Below, piece by piece: positions 25,034-34,921 of a stretch of 64,000 bases of DNA (position 1 is its first letter; each line of letters begins with the position of its first letter). The DNA is taken from assembly GCA_054600435.1 (NCBI GenBank), contig BAAIJX010000019.1, positions 62,001-126,000 on the forward strand. Direction: 5' to 3'. The position numbers were made by a program, and so were the translations under genes. The notes under the pieces were generated by a model that saw only the letters and a list, made by a program, of their open reading frames with translations, did not search any database and had not been told where the DNA came from. Source of the DNA: Neophaeotheca triangularis (taxonomy: Eukaryota).

Positions 25034-26152
25034 TCAACCCCTATTGATTGTGTTCCCACTCCCTTTCGGGTTTGCCTCAACGTATTCGTCCCACTCTCTA
25101 GCCTTCATAGTCTCCCGATCCGCCAACTCGTAATCGTCCTCATCCACTTGCGGTTTAATACCACTCTGCTCGCCACCTCCCTCGATCATCCCGCCCCTCC
25201 GCCTCTCCTCTTCAAGATAATCGTCAATACTCATAGTAGGCAAGTTATGGCTAGGCCTGAAGACCCCTTCCCCGAATTCCTGTCGCTTGTTCCCGCCGAG
25301 CAATGTAAACGGGCGCAGGGGCTTGCCTTTGGGGTCCAGCAGGGGCCCAGTATTCTTTAGCCCGGGAGCGCCTGCTGCGGAGTCGAGACGGTCCGAGAAC
25401 GATTCTACCACCTTGCCCAAACCATTGCGACTGCGTTCACGGCTGTCTCCTCCCTGTATCAATTCGGGGTTGAACTCCGGAGGTGGCGAAGGTGGCGCCA
25501 ACGCGAGGATCTGTAGCTCTTGCGCTATGCTCTCGAGCGAGGCGAAAGTCTGGTGTGTAGCGTAGCCGATCTCGGTAAGCTGCAAGTCGCGCGCTACTGT
25601 CTCATCGTTTGCGAGGACTGAAGGGTTGGCTCGCAAATGCGCCAGTTTCTGTTTCAGGGCCTTTTCTTCCTTGAAGCGTGCGATCTTCTTGTCGCGACGG
25701 GCTGCGGCGTCGGCCGAGCTTGCTGTGGTGGTGGTGAAAGTTGCCGGTGACTCTTGATAGCTTTCCAGAAGACCGCGATCACTACGCGAGAGGATGTCGT
25801 AGGTATCTAGGCGCTTGAGGTAACTCTCGTAGTTTTGGGAGGCACGTCGTAGGTTGTTCTTGCGGGAAGCGGTTGCGTTTCTCGTGGTGGTGATGCGGAG
25901 TATAAGTTCGGCAAGGTGGTAGTCCAGCACGAGGAATTGTAGATCAGAAGTGGAGATGTCTTCGAGCGATTCGTTCGGACTGAAGAGGGAGAGACGGTCT
26001 GCTAGCTCAAGGCATTGGGTGTAGAGATTGATTGCTTTGGTGAGGGTCTCTTGGAAGACGTCGCTATTGCTCGAGGGAAAGGTCGAGAGCGTGTTGCGGT
26101 TCTGCTCGGCTTCTGTATGGATAGACCGAAGCGATCGCGACTCTTCAGCCAT
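25034..26152 (-). CDS. TAP42: TAP42/alpha4 family PP2A-type phosphatase regulator
   Basis: LFSPNESLEDIST, RRDKKIARFK, PLRPFTL, LPTMSIDDYL, WDEYVEANPKGSGNTINRG*. Confidence 0.95.
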   Translation of the reverse strand: MAEESRSLRSIHTEAEQNRNTLSTFPSSNSDVFQETLTKAINLYTQCLELADRLSLFSPNESLEDISTSDLQFLVLDYHLAELILRITTTRNATASRKNNLRRASQNYESYLKRLDTYDILSRSDRGLLESYQESPATFTTTTASSADAAARRDKKIARFKEEKALKQKLAHLRANPSVLANDETVARDLQLTEIGYATHQTFASLESIAQELQILALAPPSPPPEFNPELIQGGDSRERSRNGLGKVVESFSDRLDSAAGAPGLKNTGPLLDPKGKPLRPFTLLGGNKRQEFGEGVFRPSHNLPTMSIDDYLEEERRRGGMIEGGGEQSGIKPQVDEDDYELADRETMKAREWDEYVEANPKGSGNTINRG

Positions 26153-26455
26153 TGCGGGAATGTTTCGTGCGGATGCGGAAAAATGTCACGGAACGTGGTC
26201 GACGGGGTGGAGCTTGAGGTAGCATCTGCTGCTGCTGATGCTCTCGGGATGGCTTCAGCATGTGAAAACGACGCACGTGCCACCTTGAACTGAACTCGCT
26301 CGGGTTCCATAAATCCACTTCCCGAGCAGCCTTCAACCTTCAACCTCACGTCTCCTCCTACCGTATTTTAAAAACCAAATTGCTACCCCTGACTAGGCGT
26401 AGGCGTAGCCGTAGCCCTTTGAACTGAAGATCAAGTCAACATCTATCACCATTCA

Positions 26456-29400
26456 ATGGACAAAAATCGGTAGGCCACAAAAGCCGCAGCCTTTTGTATG
26501 CAAGGCAACGGCTACCCACAGCAAAGGAGATCGTCTCGGCAAACGATTTACCTTTGCATGAGCAAGCGTCTAGCTTCAACACTGACGATTTGCTGCTCTT
26601 CCTCCCAACTGACGCCCCCCTACTGTGTCTAGCGACGAGATCGACTAACATCGAGAAAAGGCCAGCTGGAATCTTCTTGAAAGCCCAGGGAATACGCAGG
26701 ATGACGCTTGAGGAAACCCTCCCCCCGGAGGCGGAGCCAGAGTCGAAACCGTTTGACGGCGACGACGATGGGGACGGCGAGTTCGGTCTACCAATCAGCT
26801 CACATGCCGGCATCGAGCAGAGACGTAACCAAAAAGCACTCTTCGACGAATGGCTTATGGACGATGCTGCGCAAGAAGCAGCAAAACCCAGGTCCAAGGA
26901 CGGCACGGTCAAGGAGGCCGCAGATGAAGTCATGTCGATACGCTCTCTCATGTCTAGGCAAACACCTGACAAAATCGTCAAGAACCCACGTGAATATCAG
27001 ATCGAGCTATTTGAGCGCGCCAAGCAACAGAACACGATTGCAGTCCTCGACACTGGATCTGGCAAGACCTTGATAGCTGTCCTCTTGCTTCGCCATACGA
27101 TTGACCAAGAACTCGAGAACCGTGCTGCTGGCATGCCTCCTCGGATATCATTTTTCCTCGTCGATTCAGTCACGCTGGTGTTTCAGCAATTTTCTGTTCT
27201 TGAACACAATCTCGATCACAAAGTGGCCCGGTTTTGTGGCGCAATGGGAGCTGATCTCTGGCATCCTCAAATCTGGAAGCAACACTTCTCCGAAAACAAA
27301 GTCATCGTGTGCACGGCGGATGTGCTGCTACAATGTCTGATGCACAGCTTCATCAGAATCCGGCAGATCAATCTGCTCATCTTCGATGAGGCTCATCACG
27401 CGAAAAAGAACCACTCCTACGCGAGAGTCATCAAAGACTACTATTTGGACGAGCCCGAGAAATCTCTGCGGCCGAGAGTCTTCGGCATGACAGCCAGTCC
27501 AGTCGATGCGAAGACAGATGCGGTGCAGGCGGCACACGAACTGGAGACGTTGCTTCATTCGCGGATTGCCACAACCACTGGTTTAAGTTTCCAAGAAGCG
27601 GTCAAGAGACCGAGCGAGGCAGTCTTGCGCTACGCACCATTGAAAGCACCCTTTGAAACGTCCTTCCTCCGGGACGTCAAGACACGTTGGCCAAACGTCA
27701 TCATATACAAAGATCTCTACGAGCGTTGCGAGTCCATCGCGTCTCATCTCGGCCGCTGGTGTGCTGATCAGTATCTTCTCCGCGCGCTGTCTGAACAGAA
27801 GCTTAGGAAGTTCGTGTCCAGAACGGAGAGGGCCTTCAACTCGCGCAAGATTGCTCGGCCCATCGGAGAGTTGGATGATGCGGTGGCAGAGCTGCAAGAA
27901 GCGTCAAAGTACGTCGAGCAGCAGAGTCAAGAGCGGAGCTTTCAAATGGAGGAGAGTGATTTGAGCTCAAAGGTACAAGAGCTTCGCACTTGGCTGAAAT
28001 GGCAATTTGAACGCCCATCAAACCACAGATGCATCATCTTCGTGGAGAGGAGGCATACTGCCCATCTCCTGAATAAGCTGTTCAACAAGATTGGCACGCA
28101 GCACATGCGATGCGATGCTCTCATCGGTGCCAATCAAGCGGACCTCGACTCGGACAACTTCAGCTTTCGGCAGCAAGTCATGACTTTGATCAAGTTCCGC
28201 AAAGGAGAGACCAACGTTCTTTTCTCGACGTCTGTGGCTGAAGAAGGTCTTGACGTTCCCGACTGCAATCTTGTCGTCCGGTTCGACATGTACAGGACCA
28301 TGATTCAATATGTACAGTCGCGGGGTCGAGCTCGGCACCAGAACAGCAAATTCATCCACATGATTGAGAACGGCAACCCGGTTCATACCGCGCTGTTGCA
28401 CGATGTCCGATTCCAGGAGGCTACCATGCGGCGCTTTTGTCAAGCCTTGCCGGATGACCGCAGGCTTATCGGTAACGAGGACAGTCTCGACGAGCTACTG
28501 ACGAAGGAGAAGAACATGCGGGTCTATATCGAGAAAAGTACAGGCGCCAAGCTTACATACGGTAACTCTCTGGCTTACCTAGCAAACTTTGTCAGCGCGA
28601 TCCCTACGCCTAGTGAAGAAGAGCCAATGCATCCTACCTACGTCGTTTCGTATCAAGGAGCCAAGTATATCGCGGAGGTTATCTTGCCATCTAGCGCGCC
28701 CATCAGATCTGCGATTGGTCGAGTCTGTCAGAAAAAAGCGTTGGCCAAGCGATCCGCAGCTTTCGAGGCCTGCATCGAGTTGCGAAAGGCACAGTATCTC
28801 GACGAGAACCTGATGCCCACTTATCAGAAACGGCTGCCCGCGCTTCGAAACGCTATGCTTGCTGTTGATGACAAGAAGAATACCCAGTATACAATGCGGA
28901 CGAAGCCGAAAATTTGGGCAGAGGGTAGAGCGGGCGAGCAGTCTTTACCGACAAGACTATTCGTCACGGTCATCGATTTCCCAGAGGGTCTCGAGAGGAA
29001 GCACCAGCCGCTCGCACTTCTGACAAGGGACAGGATGCCGGACTATCCTACCTTCTCCCTCTTGCTGAATGATGGTCGTGCCACCGCCGTCTCGACTACA
29101 ACTTTCGAAAAGCCGATTCAGGTCACTGAGGTGCTTCTGAAACAAGTCACCGAGTTCACCTACAGGGTCTATCAGGACGTTTTCAGCAAAAAATACGCGA
29201 AAGAGCCGACCCACGTATCATACTGGATCGCCCCGGCCGTCGCGGCGACAGACGGCAAGGCAAGTGCTCCACACGAAGTGCTCGATCACACCCTAATGGA
29301 GGAGGTCTTGCGGCTGGAAGAATACAAGTGGACCGCCGAAACACCGGAGGAAGACCTAATCAACAAATTCCTGGTTGACAAGTGGGATGGGGCGCGAAAA

Positions 29401-31302
29401 TTCTACAGCACAGGCATAGATCCTAAGCTGACCCAACGGAGCCCCATTCCGGAAGGCGTCGCGAAATCCAAATGGAGCGGTACCATCCTTGACTACAGCG
29501 TCAGCCTGTTCAAGGAGTCGAGAAAGAAAGCGACCTGGGCCGACAACCAGCCGGTGATGATTGCGGAGAAAGTCTTGTTTCGCCGCAACATGCTTGCTCC
29601 ACCGGAAGCAAAGGAAGTAAACCAGCGGACCAAGGCATACCTATGTCCTGACCCGCTGCTCATCTCTGTTCTGCCGCCTGCAGTTGCGGTGAGCTGCTTT
29701 ACCTTCCCGGCCATCATCTACAGACTCGAATCGTACATGATTGCGCAAGAAGCATGCAGCCTCGTTGGCGTCCATTGTATGACCGATGTTGCGCTCGAGG
29801 CGGTCACTCAGGACTCCCAAAACAGCGGAGATCACGGCACCATCGAGCGCATCAACTTTCAACATGGTATGGGCAAGAACTATGAGCGGCTCGAGTTTAT
29901 GGGCGACTGCTTCCTGAAGACGGCCACAACAATCGCCGTTTTCGTGCAAAACCCGGAAGATGACGAGTTTGCATACCATTGTTCCCGCATGGCTATGTTG
30001 TGCAATAAGAACCTCTTCGAGAACGCTTTGGAGATCAAGCTGTACGAATACATCCGGACGATGGCCTTCTCTCGACGCCTGTGGTACCCTGAGGGCCTGA
30101 TGCTGCTCGAGGGCAAAGGCGTCAAACTGAAGGAGGAGCCCAAACTCACTAGCAGTGAGGTAGTGAAGCATCCTCTAGGTCAGAAGACCATTGCCGATGT
30201 GTGCGAGGCCTTGATTGGGGCCGCGTACATTGCGCACAACAACCAAGAAAAGTGGACGCCAGAAACAATGAACGAAGCCGTGCGCGTTGTTACCAAGCTC
30301 GTCAATAACCCCGACCATACTTTCCAGAAGTGGTCCGATTACCGTGCGGCCTACACACTACCAACTTACCAGACTGGCGACGTCTCCGCCTCGCAGCGCG
30401 ATATGGCCGAGAAAGTGGAACTTGAGCATGGCTACAAGTTCAACTACCCCCGCCTCCTGCGCTCCGCCTTTGTGCACCCCTCGCAACCTTTCATTTGGGA
30501 AAAGGTCCCCTCATACCAGCGTCTGGAATTCCTCGGAGATGCTCTGCTCGACATGGCTAGCATCTCCTACCTATTCTACCGCTTTCCGGATAAGGACCCA
30601 CAATGGCTCACAGAGCACAAAATGGCCATGGTCTCGAACAAGTTCCTCGGCTGCGTCTGCGTGACCCTCGGCTTCCACCGTCACCTCCGCTATTCCTCGT
30701 CAATCCTCGAGCACCAAATCCGCGAATATGCCTCCGAACTGCTAGAAGCTAAACGCACAGCGGGCGAAGACGCTCGGGATTACTGGACCACGGTGTCAGA
30801 CCCTCCGAAATGCCTCCCCGACATCGTCGAAGCCTACGCGGGCGCCATCTTCATCGACTCGGACTTTGACTACGGCGTCGTCCAGGACTTCTTCAACCAG
30901 CACATCGTCTACTTCTTCGAGGACATGAGTCTATACGATGCCTTCGCCAACAACCACCCTTGCACACATTTGCACAATTTGCTGCAAACCACCTACGCGT
31001 GCCAGCAGTACCGGCTTTTGGCGAAGGAAATCCCTGCAGACGACCCGGTCAATGGGAAGAGCCTGGTTGTCGCAGCGGTCATGGTCCATAAGACTATCGT
31101 GGCCAGTTCGCGAGGGAAAAGTGGAAGGTATGCGAGACTCAGGGCCGCGCAGCAGGCGAATGAGATGATTGAGGGCTTGGCGCCTTTTGAGTTTCGTGCG
31201 AAGTTTGGATGTGATTGCTCGGGCGAGGGGGCGGTGGATGGGGAGGTGGAGAAAGCGGCCAAGGGACTGGCTGAGGGTATGAGTGTTCTCGGATTGGGGT
31301 AA
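26456..31302 (+). CDS. DCL1: Dicer-like protein 1 (DExH helicase, dimerisation domain, PAZ-like region, two RNase III domains, dsRBD); proposed exons 26456-26469 and 26661-31302, alternative start ATG 26701
   Basis: PREYQ, LDTGSGKT, LIFDEAHH, TSVAEEGLDVPDCN, QSRGRAR; RNase III signatures ERLEFMGDCFL and QRLEFLGDALL. Confidence 0.93.
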
Positions 31303-31889
31303 GCGTTGCTTGAGCATGATGGCAGAATGGCTGTTTGCTCGCGACATGAAGGAAATGATGGGCGAGATTACGATTGACGAACCAACGAAGAAAAGCTGCT
31401 GTCTCGCGATAACGGTAGCTGTCAAAATGCGTTCTGCTTAGCTCGGGAGATAGACGACAAAACTTTGAACACCGCCCTTTCCCTAGCACGCAAGTAATCA
31501 CCTATCATCAGGATGGCATGTCCGAGACCTGTCAGGCGTCAAGGCGCTTGAAGAGGCACCACGCCGCCATGCGTTAGGCTATTCCCGTACAAAAATCTTT
31601 CTTGTTACCTCGGCATTGAACTGCCTCGTTACCTAGATACCAACGTTGCTCGTGTATATAACGTTTTGCAGAGGGGTACTATACTTTTCTCGCAAGAAGC
31701 CAATGAAACGTGAGAATCCACTGGATGTTCAAATCAAAGGGTTTCGAGAAGTGAGGTTGGTTGAAGTCGGCTCCCGGGCGGTCGTTTCGGCAATCAGCTA
31801 GTTAATGTCCACGTGATGTCGTGGCTGTGACGCGTGTCTTACTAAGCGCGTCACCTGCCTCAGGTCTCTACATTACCTCCTTACCTACT

Positions 31890-34376
31890 AGTAAACCTCC
31901 ACCATCCTCTCATCTTAGCATAACATCAACATCCCCGAGTAGCTTAGCTATTCAAGCGCCTTTTATCACGCTTCTACTCTTTACCATACCAGCAGACATC
32001 TACACCTACACACTCACTAAACCACCACCAAACGTCGCGTAACTGGAACCACCACGAAACCAACAAGCCCACAACCCACGCGTCCTTTCAACATCCACCA
32101 CAAGCATATACCCTCCCCACAGTCACGAGACCGCCATCATTCGACTAGCCTCGCGCCGGTTGGATTCAGACCACCTGGTCTCGCTCCCGCGTGCAGCAAC
32201 AGTCGCCAACCTACTGCGTCAGCGCCGAGCGACGATTCTCACCAGCCTACGCATACGGGAAACGCGCTGTCGCACAACAAATGCACGCCGGGGGGATGGC
32301 ACTCGGAACTTAACCCTAAGAAGTTTCCTCGGTCTCCTTTTGCTACAAAACAGCAAAAGACGAAAGCCTCGCGGTGCTCTACTTTTCCCAATGAGAGCAA
32401 GCCACCGGCTCCGTGATGAGCTTCCCCAATTCTGACGTGTGGACGCTGGAGCTTGAAAAGGCCCTGGTGAATGCTCTGATGTAGGAGGGGAAGGGAAAGC
32501 GGGGCTGGTTCTGGTCCGGTGCCTATTCAATGGGCAGTAATACAGCGGCCTCATGCGTCGGTTTGGTAAGACCTCTCAGAGAGGCGCGCGTCGAGTGCCG
32601 CTGGCTGGACTTGTGCTTCTGATCATCGAGGGACAGCTTTAGCGGTAGTGGTGTTGGACGTGAGACGGGAGAGAGGGGGTGAGGGGTGTCGGGCAGACCT
32701 AGTTCGGGTCTTGCTCTTAGGGTCTTCAACAAGCTGGTCGGCGGGCGGGGAAGGTGAGGTTGATGCTTTGGAGGTTGCCATGCTGGGTCTCGCGCGTGTT
32801 GGAGCTGAGTATGCGTCGACTTCTGCATCAGCACCTTAAGTGGTGTCTGTTGAGTACCGGCGACCTTGACTTGGTTGCTGGATTGAGAAAACTACAGGCA
32901 GAGCACGACATTATCAGCAATGATCTTGGCCTACAAACAGGCTGCGCGGGTCGGGTTGCTTCATCTCTGGCCTTGAATGCCACACCTGCCAGCACGATGC
33001 ACAGCATCTAGCGGGGTGGTCAAGTCTACCCACAGAAGCAACCCATTCGTGCGGTCGAACAGGCATGTCGTACGCTCCAGCCACCTGTCGTCTCTCTTGT
33101 CCGACGGCTTTGTCACTGGCTACCGGTGCTCGCAGGTGTAGCAAGTCGCCGTAGATCCTCTCATCCCAACCATGGCGCGCGAACCCAGAGCGAACAACAG
33201 CTTCCTCAGCGTCGCCTACCCGACAAACCCGACCTTGTCCCCAGCGAAGACGTCCTGTACACCTCTTTAACCCGCGTATCGGCAGCACGTACGCCAACCA
33301 CTCTCCAACCCATCCACCACTCCAACGGCCCACCATGAAGCCCGCGCTACAGCACCAGCTACCAGCGCGGTTGCAGTCCGCTGCATTGTCCGATCAGCCG
33401 CGTCAATCATCTCCTCATGCTGCAGAGAATGGGTCGATCCGATGAGCGCCGAAATATCCAACAACGCCCAGCCGCCGTCGACTCTTCGTTGACTCAGCAG
33501 CATGGACCCCACGAGCAATTCAGTGGGAAGCAAGCGGTTTTTGCAGATGTGCTTTGTCCGTTTGAAACTGCCTCTCGGAGTTCACATCTCGCTCGCGGCG
33601 CCTTCCGGGCGTCGTGGCTTGGGGTAAGAACGAAGAGATGGAATCAAAGACTGTCTCTGAGGTGGAGTGCTTTCTGCACAAGGAGAGGCGATCTTCCTGC
33701 TCAGCAGGGCTTGGGATGTGGGAGCTTTTGTTGGTGGAGTGGTGCGTACCAAGGAAACGACTGGGTGGTTTAAGTGGTGCTGCGTTAGGTTGTAGGTGGA
33801 AGACGCTAGGTTGCTAAGATTGAGTGCTGGATGAGAGGCGGGATGGAGATGCTGTGTTTACTGTGGCTCTTCGGAAACTCGAGATTGGGCTTGTTGCCTT
33901 TCTAGCGTGTTGAAGTGGTGCTTGAGGGTCTACGGAAGGCATGTTATCGGATTTGACGGGACGTCTTGAGTGGCTTGGACGAGTGGACTCTCAATTCGGC
34001 TGCTTTGGCGGCCGCAGGCCGACGGGCAGTGCCTCGGGGACTCTGGGTAAACAGCTGCAAAGCGCGGGACCTCTCTCGCGTGAGGATCAAAGCTTTGGCT
34101 TGTCTGCGCTGCGCATTTGCCAGTTGATCTGGAGTACTGCTCAGACGCCTGCGGATCCAAGCCAACCTATGAAGAGAACGTGTCCTACTCGCAAGGACGA
34201 GGCGCATCTGCTCTGAATCTGGTGCTGGAAGTGGGCCCAAAAGCTACACAGACGCCGCCGGTGAATTGCAAGCTTGATCGAAAGGGGAAGAGGGATCGCA
34301 TTGAGCGCCAGGGCGCTTTCGCCGCCTTCTCGAATCCTGCAAAGGGGCCGGGTTGGCGGCTATTTTACTTTTTTCT
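31890..34376 (+). ncRNA. TER: Putative telomerase RNA (TER), ~2.5 kb; 5' end approximate
   Basis: No credible ORF; template TAACCCTAA at 32311-32319; nested long-range helices; terminal GCCGCC/GGCGGC stem; U-rich tract, then ATAAGT (34377), GCTAAC (34416) and CAG (34430-34432), matching the 3'-end architecture known for Pezizomycotina telomerase RNAs. Confidence 0.88.
32311..32319 (+). other. Telomerase template UAACCCUAA (specifies TTAGGG)
   Basis: 1.5 copies of the complement of TTAGGG inside the structured non-coding locus. Confidence 0.85.
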
Positions 34377-34432
34377 ATAAGTCTCCCACTCCTCCCAAAA
34401 TGTGGGAAAGCCTCTGCTAACTACCACCGCAG
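34377..34432 (+). other. Terminal non-canonical intron (AUAAGU 5' splice site) defining the TER 3' end
   Basis: ATAAGT...GCTAAC...CAG, 56 nt, similar in size to the short introns of this window. Confidence 0.85.
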
Positions 34433-34459
34433 GACCGCACCCAGCTTTCAGTCACGCAC

Positions 34460-34921
34460 TCAGGCCATTTCCACAGCGGCCCTCCAGCACATTCTCGTAC
34501 ACAGTCCCACGCCCACGAAGTAGGCCGCGCTCCTCAAGAAGCTCCAAGTCTTACTCTCCGTCACAATATAATTGGCAACATACACAAGCCTACTGGCCAT
34601 CCATGCCGCAGCAAAAGTCTGCACCCCCAGGTCGCGTCCAGTCTGCTTTTCCGCCAGCAAACCCGCAATCACGGAGACGTAGAAGAAAGGCATGTTCTCC
34701 ATGCAGTTGCGGTGGCAGGCCTCGGCGCGCTCATACTTGGCGAAGGCGGAGGGCGAAAGGGTTGATTTTGTTCGGCTGGCAGCGCTGCTGCCGTGTGGGT
34801 TCGAATTGTCGAGTTTGGAGATGTCGCCGTTGGTTGCGATGGTCGCGGCGTAGGAGTGGGGGAGCACGGAGAGGATGTAGTAGGCGGGGAGCGAGAGGAG
34901 GGCGTAATTGTAGGACGACAT
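34460..34921 (-). CDS. MAPEG-family small membrane protein
   Basis: 153 aa with several hydrophobic helices; DNSNP, RAEACHRNCMENMP, SRLVY and RSAAYF motifs. Confidence 0.82.
   Translation of the reverse strand: MSSYNYALLSLPAYYILSVLPHSYAATIATNGDISKLDNSNPHGSSAASRTKSTLSPSAFAKYERAEACHRNCMENMPFFYVSVIAGLLAEKQTGRDLGVQTFAAAWMASRLVYVANYIVTESKTWSFLRSAAYFVGVGLCTRMCWRAAVEMA

Noticed and set aside
32717..32722. Single TTAGGG inside the ncRNA locus
   Set aside because: One hexamer is expected by chance and is not an interstitial telomere array.
31821..34380. Numerous short ORFs (60-140 aa) on both strands
   Set aside because: None resembles a known protein, most lack an ATG start, and I found no consistent exon chain; the region is better explained as a structured ncRNA.
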